In this document: piece after piece, positions 1-11,172 of the stretch | Layout: each line of letters opens with the position of its first letter | Position numbering within the stretch: the stretch's first letter is position 1 | NCBI GenBank assembly: GCA_003212795.1 | Contig: QCOV01000001.1 | Location: 27,321-91,320 of the forward strand | Origin: OCS116 cluster bacterium AG-435-F03 | GTDB taxonomy: Bacteria > Pseudomonadota > Alphaproteobacteria > MED-G09 | Direction: 5' to 3' | DNA: 64,000 nucleotides | Translations under genes and position numbers: made by a program | The notes under the pieces: model-generated | Database searches by the model: none | Seen by the model: the letters and a program-made list of their open reading frames with translations, nothing else | Told to the model about the DNA's origin: nothing

Positions 1-792
1 TTACATAAAATTATTCCAGATTTAGAAGAACCAGTTAAGAATGAGAATTTTGATGATATTAAAAAAGAATTACGACATACATTATTGAATACCTCTTTTG
101 TAGTTCTTTTTATAGGTGGAATTTTTTCAGGTATGGCTGCAGGCTTTTCAGCAGCATTAAATATATATTTTAATACATATTTTTGGGGTTTTTCATCTAC
201 ACAAATAGGTATTGCAGGCGTTGTCGGAGTTATCCCAGGTATTTTGGGAGCAGTTGCATTATCCACATATTTATCAAAAAGAATTGGCAAGAGAAGGGGT
301 GCAATTTACTCTTCTCTTACAGCAATATTTTTTGTTCCCTTTCCTTATTTATTGAGAATATATGGTTATATGCCTGAATTTGGTTCATATGATTTGCTTT
401 GGATAATGTGCGGTTATTTTTTTCTTGAGGTTATGACAGCAGTAGCATCAACAATTTTAGTATCGTCCATGATAGCTGATATTGTAGAAGATTCTGAGTT
501 AGCAACTAAAAGAAGATCAGAAGGTCTATTTTTTGCCACAGTAGGTTTTTCTGGAAAAGCTATCTCAGGTGTTGGTATTTTTTTAGCAGGGTTAGTAACT
601 TCAATTGCAGGCTTACCTGAGGGTGCGAAGCCAAGCGAAGTAGATGACAATATATTAGTAAATGTTGTCTTTCTTTTTTTACCTATCTATATTTTATTTT
701 ATTTAATATCCGTATACTTTTTTAGTCTTTATAAAATCAATCGCGATAAGCATGAATCTAATTTGGAAGCGATTAAACAAAGAAATAACTAA
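1..792 (+). CDS. GPH/MFS_2-family (sugar/organic-solute:cation symporter-like) transporter, C-terminal part; 5' end lies outside the window
   Basis: Frame 1 is open from position 1 with no stop before the annotated TTG at 85, so the gene enters from upstream. Multi-TM hydrophobic protein. The motif block 'ADIVEDSELATKRRSEGLFFA' parallels 'ADIVDADELRSGEKRPALFFA' in the complete GPH-like transporter at 15538..16875 (a paralog). Confidence 0.7.
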   Translation, partial: LHKIIPDLEEPVKNENFDDIKKELRHTLLNTSFVVLFIGGIFSGMAAGFSAALNIYFNTYFWGFSSTQIGIAGVVGVIPGILGAVALSTYLSKRIGKRRGAIYSSLTAIFFVPFPYLLRIYGYMPEFGSYDLLWIMCGYFFLEVMTAVASTILVSSMIADIVEDSELATKRRSEGLFFATVGFSGKAISGVGIFLAGLVTSIAGLPEGAKPSEVDDNILVNVVFLFLPIYILFYLISVYFFSLYKINRDKHESNLEAIKQRNN

Positions 793-843
793 TTTTAAGT
801 TAATTATATTTACAAATAATGTAGTTTTTCTATATTTACTTGC

Positions 844-2070
844 ATGAAAACAAAAAAAATCAATGAAGTAAGAAAACAAATTGAATATGAGTACAAACGA
901 AACTCATATCCAGATGGTTTTCCTAAGATTCCTGATATTTCAGGTAAAAGATATACAGATCAAGAGTTTTTTGACCTTGAGTTTAAAAATATTTTCTTAA
1001 AATCATGGCTAATGATTTTTAGAGAGGATGAGATTCCTAATCCTGGAGATTTTAAAATATTTGATAAATTGCAAAGAGATATTTTAATTGTCAGACAGAA
1101 GGATAAAAGTATTAAGGCTTTTTACAATACATGTTCTCATAGAGGTGCTCCAGTTGTGAGAGAAAAACAAGGCTCAACAAAGTTACTTAAATGCCAATAT
1201 CATAGCTGGGCTTATGATCTTGATGGATCTTTATTAAGAGTTCCTGATGAAAGAGATTTTTTAGAATTAGATCTTTCTTGTAGAGGGTTAAAGCGAGTTC
1301 ATTGTGATACATGGGATGGATGGGTTTTTATATCACTTCAAGATAAAGACCCTGGCAGTCTTATGGAATTCTTAGAACCAGTAGCGTCAGAGATGGATTG
1401 TTTTAAAAGTTCAGAATTGATAACAATTTGGAAAAATAGCACTCTTGTAAAAGCTAATTGGAAAACTTGCCTTGATGCCTTTATGGAGGTTTATCATTCA
1501 CCAACTATTCATAAAGATACAGTTAATATTTTATTAGATGGAAATGGCATGGCAGCAGGCTTATTAAAAAATGGTCATTCAAGAATGGTTACTCCAAAAA
1601 GAATAAATCTCGATGGAGGAATGTTAGGTGCTGAAGGACAAGATTTTGTTCCATTTATTGAAACATGTGACAGTATTCATGCTGAAACAAATGTTGCTTA
1701 TGCAATGTTTCCTAATTTTATTACTCCTACCGATACCTCTGGTTATGTTGCAATACTTTTTTGGCCGAAAAGTCTTCGTGAAACTGAAATTGAATATTTA
1801 CAATTAGGTCCTAAATGGGAAGGTAAGGAGAAACCGCAATATTGGATTGATCAGGAAACCTCTTTTTATTCAATAATGGAAGAAGATTTTAAAAATTTAG
1901 AACCAATGCAAAAGTCTCATGATTCTGGGGTTTTTGAAAAAATGCCATTAAATTATCAAGAAAGAAGAATATATTACTATCATCAAACAGTAGATGATTG
2001 GGTTGGAAGAGAAAATATCAAGAATGATCTTGTTACAAAAGATATATTGACTCCCTTCATTGAGAGCTAA
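844..2070 (+). CDS. Rieske [2Fe-2S] non-heme iron oxygenase, alpha (catalytic) subunit
   Basis: Rieske motif C-S-H-x17-C-Q-Y-H ('CSHRGAPVVREKQGSTKLLKCQYH'). 408 aa fits ring-hydroxylating / N-demethylating oxygenase large subunits. Substrate unknown. Confidence 0.85.
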   Translation: MKTKKINEVRKQIEYEYKRNSYPDGFPKIPDISGKRYTDQEFFDLEFKNIFLKSWLMIFREDEIPNPGDFKIFDKLQRDILIVRQKDKSIKAFYNTCSHRGAPVVREKQGSTKLLKCQYHSWAYDLDGSLLRVPDERDFLELDLSCRGLKRVHCDTWDGWVFISLQDKDPGSLMEFLEPVASEMDCFKSSELITIWKNSTLVKANWKTCLDAFMEVYHSPTIHKDTVNILLDGNGMAAGLLKNGHSRMVTPKRINLDGGMLGAEGQDFVPFIETCDSIHAETNVAYAMFPNFITPTDTSGYVAILFWPKSLRETEIEYLQLGPKWEGKEKPQYWIDQETSFYSIMEEDFKNLEPMQKSHDSGVFEKMPLNYQERRIYYYHQTVDDWVGRENIKNDLVTKDILTPFIES

Positions 2071-2073
2071 TTA

Positions 2074-2874
2074 TTGCCTTTTATAAATACTAAAAAAATA
2101 AAAATTTACTATGAGTCTGCTGGTCAAGGAGAAGCTGTTCTTTACATCTCAGGAACAGGTGGAGACTTAAGGAAATCACCGAGTGTTTTTGATAATGATT
2201 TAAAGAATAATTTTCATTTAATTTCTTATGACCAAAGAGGTCTTGGACAAAGTGAAATTCCAGCAGGTCCATATAGTATGAAAGATTATGCTGATGATGC
2301 ATTTAGCTTTATAGAAAAACTTAATCTTAAAAGAGTTCATATAATTGGTGTAAGTTTTGGAGGAATGGTCGCCCAACATTTGGCAATTAATTATCCTGCT
2401 TCAGTCGAAAGACTAGTATTGATGTGCACTTCTCCTGGAGGAGAAAAATATCATTCTTTTCCTTTACATGAGTTAGAAGAAATTATCGATGATCAAGAAT
2501 ATGTAAGAAAATTTATTTCTATTTCAGATTTGAGAATTAATACAGATTATATAAAGAATAATTCCAAGCAATATGCAATTTTAACTGATCAAATAAAAAA
2601 TTATCTAAGAAGTCCAGAATCAAAAGAAAATAAAGGTAAGCTTTTACAACTTGGAGCTAGAAAAGATCATAATGTTATGGACTTGTTAAAGAGTATCAAA
2701 TGCCCAACTTTTATTATGGGTGGTCTATATGACGGCATTGCGCCAAAAGATAATATTGATATTTTAGACGAGCAAATCCCAAATTCAGTCAAAAAATTTT
2801 ATGAGGGTGGGCATGGTTTCTTTTTAGAGGATTATCAGGCTTGGAAGGATGTAATAAGTTTTCTTAAAGATTAG
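2074..2874 (+). CDS. alpha/beta-fold hydrolase
   Basis: Nucleophile elbow G-V-S-F-G-G. N-terminal 'IYYESAGQGEAVLYISGTGG' is typical of alpha/beta hydrolases. Starts at TTG 4 nt after the Rieske gene stop, suggesting translational coupling. Confidence 0.75.
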   Translation: MPFINTKKIKIYYESAGQGEAVLYISGTGGDLRKSPSVFDNDLKNNFHLISYDQRGLGQSEIPAGPYSMKDYADDAFSFIEKLNLKRVHIIGVSFGGMVAQHLAINYPASVERLVLMCTSPGGEKYHSFPLHELEEIIDDQEYVRKFISISDLRINTDYIKNNSKQYAILTDQIKNYLRSPESKENKGKLLQLGARKDHNVMDLLKSIKCPTFIMGGLYDGIAPKDNIDILDEQIPNSVKKFYEGGHGFFLEDYQAWKDVISFLKD

Positions 2875-3251
2875 ATTCTTGATTTTATAAAAAGTATCAA
2901 CGCATAAGAGTACTCAATTATCGCAAATATTATTAAAGTTTGATCTAAACCATCCAAATAAAGACTTATTGATCTTCCAATGGCTAATCCTAACATTAGT
3001 AAGGCGAAAGCTGAAAACCAACTTTTCTTACCTAATGAGTTATGCGTAGCATAGATTATCCCGAGTCCAAGTGTGGTAAGAAGACCTCCAAACGAGCGGA
3101 TGTCGCTCATACCAAATTGCCCGGTTATTTGAACATGTAGAGCTGCCCATGCACTTTCTGTAAATATTTCTGGATCTATTATTCCCAGTACACCAAAAGC
3201 TAACCAGGATAAGCCAATTAAATAAGTAAGGACATTTATTATTAAAATCAT
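2871..3251 (-). CDS. small integral membrane protein (about 4 TM), function unknown
   Basis: 126 aa, hydrophobic segments throughout. No recognisable catalytic motif. Confidence 0.5.
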   Translation of the reverse strand: MILIINVLTYLIGLSWLAFGVLGIIDPEIFTESAWAALHVQITGQFGMSDIRSFGGLLTTLGLGIIYATHNSLGKKSWFSAFALLMLGLAIGRSISLYLDGLDQTLIIFAIIEYSYALILFIKSRI

Positions 3252-3289
3252 TTTTTTTTTCTTAAACTAATTCTTTTAAAATATAAAGA

Positions 3290-4444
3290 TTATCTAAATC
3301 TTAAGTTATCTTTATTTAAATCTTTAAGAGAGTTGCATCCCATAAGCTTCATATCACGAATGATTTCTTCTTGTATAAGTTGAAAAGCTCTCAAAGTCCC
3401 TTCATAACCCCCAGCTGCAAGTGCATATAAGTAGTATCTGCCTCCTGAACATGCTTTAGCTCCAAGGGAAAGTGCTTTTAGAACATGACTGCCTCTTCGT
3501 ATTCCCCCATCACAAATAACATCTATTTTGTCTCCTACAGCATCAACTATTTCAGCAAGTTGATCAAAGGGGGCCCTTGATCCATCTAATTGTCTTCCAC
3601 CATGATTAGAAATCATTATAGCTGTAGCGCCAACATCAATACATTTTTTTGCATCTTCAACTGACATAATACCCTTTAAGCAAAGGTGACCACCCCATTG
3701 ATTTTTTATTTCTTCAATATCTTTCCAAGTAATACTTTGATCAAGCATCGTTGAGAAATAATCTCCAACAGAAATATTAATATTAGTGCCTTCACTTACA
3801 AAATCTTGAAGTTGAGGTAATTCAAATTTTTTTCTAAATAAATAGTTTAAGGTCCATTCTGGATGAAAGGCGTAACTTAAGAAGCTATTAAAATCTAATT
3901 TTGGTGGCGATGTAAAACCTGTTCGAAGATCCCTTTCTCTATTTCCGCCGACAATAGTATCTAAAGTTATTGCCAATGCATCAAAATTATTAATTTTACA
4001 TTTTTCTATCATGCTGTCGTTAAGACCTTTATCTTTATGAATGTACATTTGGAATATTTTTGGAGAAGAGAATTTTTCACCAATTTCTTCTATGCTAGCA
4101 GTAGCTAAAGATGATATTCCAAAAAAAGTATTGAAATTCTGAGCAGCCTTACCAACAGCAATTTCTCCCTGATGGTGGAATAATCTTTGAAGAGCTGTTG
4201 GGGAGAAGAATAATGGAGTACTTATTCTTTTACCCATAAGTTCTGTACTAATATCAATGTTCTCAACTCCTTTTAAAACATTTGGAATTAAATCAACTTC
4301 TTCAAATGCTTGGGTATTTCTTCTCAGGGTAACTTCATCATCTGCAGCGCCGTCAATATAGTGAAATACAGGAAAGGGAAGCTTTCTTTTTGCAAGTTTT
4401 CTAAAATCTTCTGTATTGAAACAGTTTTTAATTGAATTAAGCAT
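3290..4444 (-). CDS. lldD: FMN-dependent alpha-hydroxy-acid dehydrogenase (L-lactate dehydrogenase / glycolate oxidase family)
   Basis: Family signature 'SNHGGRQLDG' and C-terminal 'DGGIRRGSHVLKALSLGA'. 384 aa. Confidence 0.85.
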   Translation of the reverse strand: MLNSIKNCFNTEDFRKLAKRKLPFPVFHYIDGAADDEVTLRRNTQAFEEVDLIPNVLKGVENIDISTELMGKRISTPLFFSPTALQRLFHHQGEIAVGKAAQNFNTFFGISSLATASIEEIGEKFSSPKIFQMYIHKDKGLNDSMIEKCKINNFDALAITLDTIVGGNRERDLRTGFTSPPKLDFNSFLSYAFHPEWTLNYLFRKKFELPQLQDFVSEGTNINISVGDYFSTMLDQSITWKDIEEIKNQWGGHLCLKGIMSVEDAKKCIDVGATAIMISNHGGRQLDGSRAPFDQLAEIVDAVGDKIDVICDGGIRRGSHVLKALSLGAKACSGGRYYLYALAAGGYEGTLRAFQLIQEEIIRDMKLMGCNSLKDLNKDNLRFR

Positions 4445-5559
4445 TAATCTTTTTCTTTTCTTTCAGGTAAAAGTTCAAGGTTATTATTAATTTTATATTG
4501 AATTTCTTTTTGTGCAGCCCTTATATTTGCCCATCTTTCTGATGATGTAGGGTGTGTTGAATTATAGTTGATAGTTGAACCAGGGTTTTCTGCAGCAAGT
4601 TTCCTCCAAAAATTTTCAATATTTGAGGAATCTATATTTGATTTAGCTAAAATATATAAGCCAACATAATCAGCTTCTCTTTCAAAATCCTGTGAATACA
4701 TTTGAGCTCCCATTGCGCCAAAACTACCTCGTGTATCAATACCTGCTCCCGCAGCAGCTATATCAATTATTGTTCCTAAAATAGAATTATTTACCTTTTT
4801 GTCTATATGTCCCTCAATATTATGGGCAAGTTCATGGGCTAAGATAAATTGTAATTCGCGATCTTCGTCTACAAATCTTAACATACCTGTCGTCAAATAT
4901 AGATTATCACCATCAGCATAAGCATTGAGAGAATCGTTTTGCGCAAGAACAACGCCATAATTGCAGATTTTGTTCGGTATTATTTCAAACTCTAGTGATT
5001 CTAATTGCTGATCATTTTCCGTTTTTTCGTTCTTACGTATTACAGAAATTTTGACGGTTTCCTTAGAATAGTTCTTTTTTTCATTATTTTTAAAAATATC
5101 ATCATTTTTCCATTGCCCATTGATTGTGCTTACTTCCGAAATAATGTCTCCAGATTTTATACCTGCTTTAGCACTAGGAGAGTCATTAATAGCGAATAGA
5201 ACTTTTTGACTTTCTGTTATTAATAATTTCTGCTTTGCAGCTTTTCGAAATCTTTTATCAATTTGATTAAGTGAAATTGTTTTTAAGCCAATATCATATT
5301 TTATTCGGTTTCCACAAAAATCAGTTGATTTTGTTAGTAGAGGATAGGTTAAGTTATTGAGTTTCTCGAACCGTTTATAATAAGTATCCAAAGCAATGCC
5401 TTGCATTATTATTCTTTCTTTATCAATTACTGATGTATCGCCTCTTGTAATCACAGTTGTAGGAGAACCGCAGGAACTTAAAAAGACTGCAAGAGAAAAT
5501 GTTATTATTATTTTTAGTAAACTATTATTTACTTGTAATTTAGAATTGGCATTAACCAT
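4444..5559 (-). CDS. M48-family zinc metallopeptidase lipoprotein with PDZ-like segment
   Basis: HExxH in '[13 protein letters not shown]'. Lipobox 'FLSSC' after a hydrophobic N-terminus. '[11 protein letters not shown]' is PDZ-like. Its stop overlaps the lldD-like start (TAATG). The annotated start overlaps the metH 3' end by 31 nt, so the start is uncertain. Confidence 0.75.
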   Translation of the reverse strand: MVNANSKLQVNNSLLKIIITFSLAVFLSSCGSPTTVITRGDTSVIDKERIIMQGIALDTYYKRFEKLNNLTYPLLTKSTDFCGNRIKYDIGLKTISLNQIDKRFRKAAKQKLLITESQKVLFAINDSPSAKAGIKSGDIISEVSTINGQWKNDDIFKNNEKKNYSKETVKISVIRKNEKTENDQQLESLEFEIIPNKICNYGVVLAQNDSLNAYADGDNLYLTTGMLRFVDEDRELQFILAHELAHNIEGHIDKKVNNSILGTIIDIAAAGAGIDTRGSFGAMGAQMYSQDFEREADYVGLYILAKSNIDSSNIENFWRKLAAENPGSTINYNSTHPTSSERWANIRAAQKEIQYKINNNLELLPERKEKD

Positions 5560-8500
5560 TTTTCACATTCCGACAAAGTCATTGATTTTCTTTTAGCATA
5601 ATCCTTAACCTGATCTTTGCTAATTTTCCCAACTCCAAAATAATTACTTTCTGGATTGCTAAAATATAATCCAGATATTGAAGCTCCAGGTGACATTGAA
5701 AAGCTTTCAGTTAAGGATACATCAATATTTTTTGTAGCCTCTAATATTTCAAATAATTTACCTTTTTCGGTATGATCAGGCTGGGCTGGATAACCATGCG
5801 CAGGGCGTATTCCACTGTATTTTTCTTTAATTAAGGCATCATTGTTAAAATTTTCCTTTGGTGAATAACCCCAGAATTCTTTCCTGACTCTTTCATGCAT
5901 TCTTTCTGCAAATGCTTCAGCTAATCGATCTGCTAGAGCTTTTGTCATAATTGAGTTATAGTCATCAGAATCCCTTTTAAATTTTTCAGATAATTCATTT
6001 TCTCCATGCCCACATGTTAGTGCAAAGCCTCCAATGTAATCTTTGATTTTTTTGTTTTTTGATAATGGTGCAATAAAATCAGCCAAAGCATAATTTGGTC
6101 TATCTGTAGAATGTGAAGCTTGTTGCCTTATTGTATGAAAAATAGCTAGTTTTGAATTTCTTTTATCATTATTAAATAAGATAATATCATCCTTATCACT
6201 ATTTGCAGGCCAAAATCCAATCACGCCTTTAGCACATAATAAATTATTATTAATAATTTCATCTAGTAAATTATTTGCATCTTTATATAGATTCTGAGCT
6301 GTTGAACCAACAGTTTGATCTTTTAAAATATTTGGATAACTTCCATGAAGATCCCAGGAACGAAAAAATGGCGTCCAATCAATATATTTTCTTAATTCTT
6401 CTAAATTATAATTTGTAAAAACTTTATTACCTATGAATAAAGGTTTCTTTGGGTTGTAGTCCTCATAATTAGCACTATATTTATTTTTTCTAGCCTCAGA
6501 TATGCTTAACCTTCTAGATTTATTTTGACCACCTTTATGGTTTTTCCTTATCTTCAAATATTCATCATATGTGTTTTTTGTGAACTCACTTTTTTTATCT
6601 TTAGATAATAGATTGCTAACTACACCAACAGCCTTACTTGCATTTGATACATAAAAGGTTTGTCCCTTTAGATAATTTTCAGAAATTTTCACTGCGGTAT
6701 GAACTTTGCTCGTTGTTGCTCCACCGATTAATAGAGGTATTTTAAAATTGTTTTTTTCCATTTCTTTTGCAACGGAACACATTTCATCTAGACTAGGCGT
6801 TATTAATCCAGATAAACCAATCATATCTACTTTATGTTCTATAGCTTTCTTTAAAATCTCTTCGCCTGGAACCATAACTCCGAGATCAATAACCTCATAA
6901 TTATTGCATTGTAAAATGACACCTACAATATTTTTACCAATATCATGAACATCGCCTTTAACTGTAGCAAGAAGTATTTTGCCAGAATGCATTTTAGTCT
7001 TATTTTTTTCTTTTTCCATAAAAGGCTCTAAATAAGCAACAGCTTCTTTCATAACTCTTGCTGATTTAACGACCTGAGGAAGGAACATTTGTCCAGAGCC
7101 AAACAAATCCCCAATATGATTCATACCATCCATTAATGGACCCTCAATTACTTTTATAGGGTTTCCAAATTCTATTCTTGCCTCTTCTGTATCTTTCACA
7201 ATAAATTCACTTATACCTTTTACTAAGGAATACTTTAGTCTTTCAGATACATTTTCATTTCTCCATTTTACTTCTTTTTCTTCAATTTCATTTTTTGTAT
7301 CTTTATATTTCTCAGCTAATTCGATGAGTTTTTCTGTAGCATTTTTATCTCTATTAAAAAGAACATCTTCAATGGATTTTTTTAGGTCCTTATCAATATC
7401 TTCATAAATTGATAATTGACCTGAATTAACTATTCCCATATCTAAGCCATTTTTTATTGCGTGAAATAAGAAAACGGAATGCATTGCTTCTCTTATCGTA
7501 TCATTACCTCTGAAGGAGAAAGAGAAATTTGAAACGCCACCAGATACATGAACATTTCTCATTTCTTTCTTTATTTTTTTTGTAGAATTTATGAATGCCT
7601 TACCATAATCTCCATGCTCTTCAATGCCTGTTGCAACAGCAAAAATATTTGGATCAAATATTATGTCTTCCTCAGGAAACTCAATTTTATTTGTAAGCAA
7701 ATCGAAAGCCCTTTTACAGATTTCATATTTTCTGTCTTCTGTGTCCGCTTGACCTTTCTCATCAAATGCCATGACGATAATAGCTGCTCCATATTTTTTA
7801 CATAATTTGGCTTGTTTAATAAATTCTTCTTCTCCTTCTTTTAGTGAAATAGAATTAACAATAGCCTTACCTTGGGTATGCTTTAAACCTGCCTCAATTA
7901 CATCCCAATTCGAACTATCAATCATAAATGGTACCTTAGCTATATCAGGTTCTGTTGAAGCAATTTTCAGAAAATGCTCCATAACATTTTTTGATTCAAG
8001 CATTCCTTCGTCCATATTTACATCAATTATTTGTGCCCCATTTTCAACTTGCTGTCTTGCTACTTCTATAGCTGAATTATAGTCTTCTTCTAGGATTAGT
8101 TTTTTAAACTTTAGGGATCCTGTAACATTTGTCCTTTCACCTACATTCACAAAAGGTATTTCTTTAGTTAAGTTTAGTGGCTCTAATCCCGAAAGACGCA
8201 TAATATTTTTTATTTTTGGCAACTTTCTTGGTTTATATTTTTCAACTTGTTTAGATATCTGTTTTATGTGATCCGGTGTTGACCCACAGCACCCTCCAAC
8301 AATATTTAGATAACCATCTTTTGCAAAATTTTCTAAAATATTAGACATATCAAAGGGAGATTCATCATATTCCCCCATTTCATTCGGTAATCCAGCATTT
8401 GGATAGATGCAAATATGTGTATCGGCAATTTTAGAGAACTCAGCTACATATGGAGCCATTTCTTTTCCGCCTAAAGCACAATTAATACCAACAGCAAAAG

Positions 8501-9230
8501 GTTTTGCGTGTCTAATAGAATTCCAAAATGCTTCTATTGTTTGACCTGATAATGTTCTTCCAGAAAGATCTGTTATTGTTCCAGAAATTATTATTGGAAG
8601 ATCAATATTTTTATCTTCAAAAAATGTTTTGATAGCATTAATTGCAGCTTTCGCATTAAGAGTATCAAAAATAGTCTCAACTAAAATTAAATCTACTCCT
8701 CCATCTATTAATCCATTAACTGCTTCATAGTAACTTTCATAAAGTTCATCATATGTTATGTCTCTTTTACTCGGATCTGAAACATCTGGAGATAATGATG
8801 TGGTCTTATTTGTTGGCCCAATTGCACCTGCAACATATTTTGGTTCATTAGGAAACTGTTTTTCATATTCGTCACAAATATTTCTAGCAATTTTTGCGCT
8901 TTGCAAGTTTAATTCATAAGCTAAATCACTCATTAAATAATCATCCTGAGAAATGCTTGTAGATGAAAAAGAGTTTGTCTCAATAATTGAACTTCCAGAT
9001 TTTAGAAATGCTAAATGAATATTTGAAATTAAATCGGGTTGTGTGATGGATAAAATATCATTATTTCCAAAAAGACTTTTCTTATGATCTTTAAATCTTT
9101 CACCTCGGTAATCTTCTTCGTTAAGTTTTTCTGCCTGAATCATAGTACCCATCGCTCCATCCAAAACGAGTATTTTCTTTTTTAAAAGCTTTGGTAATTC
9201 TTCAATTCTTTTTTTACGATTCCATTTCAT
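5529..9230 (-). CDS. metH: cobalamin-dependent methionine synthase
   Basis: 1233 aa with all modules: homocysteine-binding, pterin-binding, B12-binding (DxHxxG in '[11 protein letters not shown]'), and a C-terminal AdoMet reactivation domain. Confidence 0.97.
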   Translation of the reverse strand: MKWNRKKRIEELPKLLKKKILVLDGAMGTMIQAEKLNEEDYRGERFKDHKKSLFGNNDILSITQPDLISNIHLAFLKSGSSIIETNSFSSTSISQDDYLMSDLAYELNLQSAKIARNICDEYEKQFPNEPKYVAGAIGPTNKTTSLSPDVSDPSKRDITYDELYESYYEAVNGLIDGGVDLILVETIFDTLNAKAAINAIKTFFEDKNIDLPIIISGTITDLSGRTLSGQTIEAFWNSIRHAKPFAVGINCALGGKEMAPYVAEFSKIADTHICIYPNAGLPNEMGEYDESPFDMSNILENFAKDGYLNIVGGCCGSTPDHIKQISKQVEKYKPRKLPKIKNIMRLSGLEPLNLTKEIPFVNVGERTNVTGSLKFKKLILEEDYNSAIEVARQQVENGAQIIDVNMDEGMLESKNVMEHFLKIASTEPDIAKVPFMIDSSNWDVIEAGLKHTQGKAIVNSISLKEGEEEFIKQAKLCKKYGAAIIVMAFDEKGQADTEDRKYEICKRAFDLLTNKIEFPEEDIIFDPNIFAVATGIEEHGDYGKAFINSTKKIKKEMRNVHVSGGVSNFSFSFRGNDTIREAMHSVFLFHAIKNGLDMGIVNSGQLSIYEDIDKDLKKSIEDVLFNRDKNATEKLIELAEKYKDTKNEIEEKEVKWRNENVSERLKYSLVKGISEFIVKDTEEARIEFGNPIKVIEGPLMDGMNHIGDLFGSGQMFLPQVVKSARVMKEAVAYLEPFMEKEKNKTKMHSGKILLATVKGDVHDIGKNIVGVILQCNNYEVIDLGVMVPGEEILKKAIEHKVDMIGLSGLITPSLDEMCSVAKEMEKNNFKIPLLIGGATTSKVHTAVKISENYLKGQTFYVSNASKAVGVVSNLLSKDKKSEFTKNTYDEYLKIRKNHKGGQNKSRRLSISEARKNKYSANYEDYNPKKPLFIGNKVFTNYNLEELRKYIDWTPFFRSWDLHGSYPNILKDQTVGSTAQNLYKDANNLLDEIINNNLLCAKGVIGFWPANSDKDDIILFNNDKRNSKLAIFHTIRQQASHSTDRPNYALADFIAPLSKNKKIKDYIGGFALTCGHGENELSEKFKRDSDDYNSIMTKALADRLAEAFAERMHERVRKEFWGYSPKENFNNDALIKEKYSGIRPAHGYPAQPDHTEKGKLFEILEATKNIDVSLTESFSMSPGASISGLYFSNPESNYFGVGKISKDQVKDYAKRKSMTLSECEKWLMPILNYK

Positions 9231-9234
9231 TTAA

Positions 9235-10068
9235 TTATTCATCACTAATATTTAAACTTTGGCAAACTGATAGAGTTAACTCAGACTGGTTTAATGTATA
9301 GAAGTGAATTGCTCTAAAGTCATTACTGATAAGTTTTTGACAAAAATCAATCGCAATTTCTTTAGAAACTTTTTTTCTTTCATCAAGCCTGTCCTCTAAA
9401 CCATTATATTTATTTTCAAGCCATTTTGGTATAGATGTTGAACACTGTTTAGACATTTTCTGAATACCTTTAAAATTAGTAGTTGGCATTAATCCAGGTA
9501 TTATAGGGATGTTTATATTATGCTTTTGCAGTAGATCTCGATAAGCGAGAATGATTTGAAAATCAAAACAGAATTGAGTAATTGCCTGAGTTGCACCTGC
9601 ATCAATTTTCCTTTTTAAGAATTCTATATCTTCATCAAATGATGAGGCATCTGGGTGTTTTTCAGGATATGCGCTTACAGTAACATTGAAGTCTTGTTGA
9701 CTTAATTTTTTAACCAAATCAATGGATGATTTATAACCTTTAGGATGTGGTTCAAAATCTTCAAAGTTTGGCATATCCCCTCTAAGAGCAACTATGTGTT
9801 TAACACCTATTTTTTTATAACTATCAGTTATTTCTTTTATCTCATCTTTAGTGGAGTTAACACATGTTAGATGAGCTGCAGGTTCAAGATTTGTTTCATC
9901 AATTATTTTTTTGACACAATTATGTGTTCTTTCGCGAGTAGTGCCTCCTGCGCCATAAGTTACTGATACAAAATTAGGCTTTAAGGGTTCAAGTATTTTA
10001 ATTGATTCCCATAATACAGTTTCAGCTTTATTAGAGCTTGGAGGAAAGAATTCAAAAGAAATATCCAT
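9235..10068 (-). CDS. metF: 5,10-methylenetetrahydrofolate reductase
   Basis: N-terminus 'ISFEFFPPSS...VSVTYGAGGTTRERT' is characteristic of MetF. Sits immediately upstream of metH on the same strand. Confidence 0.92.
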   Translation of the reverse strand: MDISFEFFPPSSNKAETVLWESIKILEPLKPNFVSVTYGAGGTTRERTHNCVKKIIDETNLEPAAHLTCVNSTKDEIKEITDSYKKIGVKHIVALRGDMPNFEDFEPHPKGYKSSIDLVKKLSQQDFNVTVSAYPEKHPDASSFDEDIEFLKRKIDAGATQAITQFCFDFQIILAYRDLLQKHNINIPIIPGLMPTTNFKGIQKMSKQCSTSIPKWLENKYNGLEDRLDERKKVSKEIAIDFCQKLISNDFRAIHFYTLNQSELTLSVCQSLNISDE

Positions 10069-10123
10069 AATTTAAAATATTAATACACTATGATTTAAAT
10101 TAGAATTTAATAATTATCTTAAA

Positions 10124-10199
<76 letters not shown>

Positions 10200-10260
10200 G
10201 TATTTAAAAAATTGAATGATGCAATATAAACTTTTAGACACCTTTTTCACAACCCTAAAT

Positions 10261-10413
10261 TTAATTATTACCGCCATCTTCTTCATTAACGCTAATATGA
10301 TATTTTTCACCCAACCATCTGTTTAAATCAATTTGAGAGCAACGTTTTGAACAAAAAGGAATGTATTCTTCTTTGGAATTTTTTTTACAAATTGGACAAT
10401 TTTTGGATTCCAT
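10261..10413 (-). CDS. yacG: YacG-like zinc-ribbon protein (DNA gyrase inhibitor family), 50 aa; absent from the ORF track
   Basis: Hand translation gives MESKNCPICKKNSKEEYIPFCSKRCSQIDLNRWLGEKYHISVNEEDGGNN. This matches the YacG pattern C-P-x-C ... P-F-C-S-x-R-C-x-x-I-D-L-x-x-W. Confidence 0.75.
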   Translation of the reverse strand: MESKNCPICKKNSKEEYIPFCSKRCSQIDLNRWLGEKYHISVNEEDGGNN

Positions 10414-10421
10414 AAGTTACT

Positions 10422-10640
10422 CTACTTATGTCTATATGTGATACGACCTTTTGTTAAATCATAAGGAGTCATTTCCACGGTTACCTGGTCACCTGCAAGG
10501 ACTCTTATTCTATTTTTTCTCATCTTACCTGCAGTATGAGCTATAATTTCATGATCGTTTTCTAATTTAACCTTAAAAGTAGCGTTAGGTAATAACTCTG
10601 TTACAACACCGGGAAATTCTAGTAATTCTTCTTTAGCCAA
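10422..10640 (-). CDS. infA: translation initiation factor IF-1
   Basis: 72 aa. '[52 protein letters not shown]' is the conserved IF-1 S1-like fold. Confidence 0.95.
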   Translation of the reverse strand: MAKEELLEFPGVVTELLPNATFKVKLENDHEIIAHTAGKMRKNRIRVLAGDQVTVEMTPYDLTKGRITYRHK

Positions 10641-10695
10641 TTTTTTTCCTTTAATCGTTTATATCAAACAATCTTTTATAGTCAAATTTCTGGTT

Positions 10696-11172
10696 TTAAA
10701 TATACAAAGAATATAAAAGTGTAAACATTCTTCTTGAAGTATTGTGATCCATATTGAAATGTGATTCAGTAATTTTAAGTAATTGATCTGCACCTTCATT
10801 ATGAATATTTCTTCTATTTTTCTCAATTTCTTCTATTTTATCTATTGAGCCTTTTTTAATTGAGTCGAAATATAAATTACAAGCTGAATGATAGATTTTA
10901 ACCGTCTTTTTTAACGAATTGATTGGAACTCTATAGTCTTCTGAATATAACTGATTATCATTAGTTATATTTACAATTAGTATATTATCACTAATCTTTA
11001 TATCAATAACATATGGTCCTTCAATATCGTCTTTATTTAATGAAAATGAATTTTCATTAATTAGATCATGAATAGCAGCTTGCCTCTCATAAGAAATAAA
11101 TTCGGCTATACTTTCACCATCTTCGTAATTTAAATTTATTTTCTTAATGTAATTCTTATTTTTATCCGACAT
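10696..11172 (-). CDS. conserved hypothetical protein, UPF0262-like
   Basis: 158-aa acidic protein directly downstream of hisD, the position UPF0262 proteins occupy in many alphaproteobacteria. The family assignment is from memory of that synteny and size, not a search. Confidence 0.5.
   Translation of the reverse strand: MSDKNKNYIKKINLNYEDGESIAEFISYERQAAIHDLINENSFSLNKDDIEGPYVIDIKISDNILIVNITNDNQLYSEDYRVPINSLKKTVKIYHSACNLYFDSIKKGSIDKIEEIEKNRRNIHNEGADQLLKITESHFNMDHNTSRRMFTLLYSLYI

Noticed and set aside
6706-8082. Several 64-103-aa plus-strand ORFs inside metH (6706, 7548, 7771), and similar small antisense ORFs inside most large genes
   Set aside because: These are antisense to a well-supported, domain-complete 1233-aa gene. 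They are low-complexity AT-codon artefacts typical of AT-rich genomes.
10069-10123. Possible SAM riboswitch (SAM-II / SAM-V) in the metF-metH leader
   Set aside because: Only 55 nt, almost pure A/U, separates tRNA-Phe from the metF ATG. There is no GC-rich pseudoknot-forming segment, so there is no room or sequence for a riboswitch at this position.
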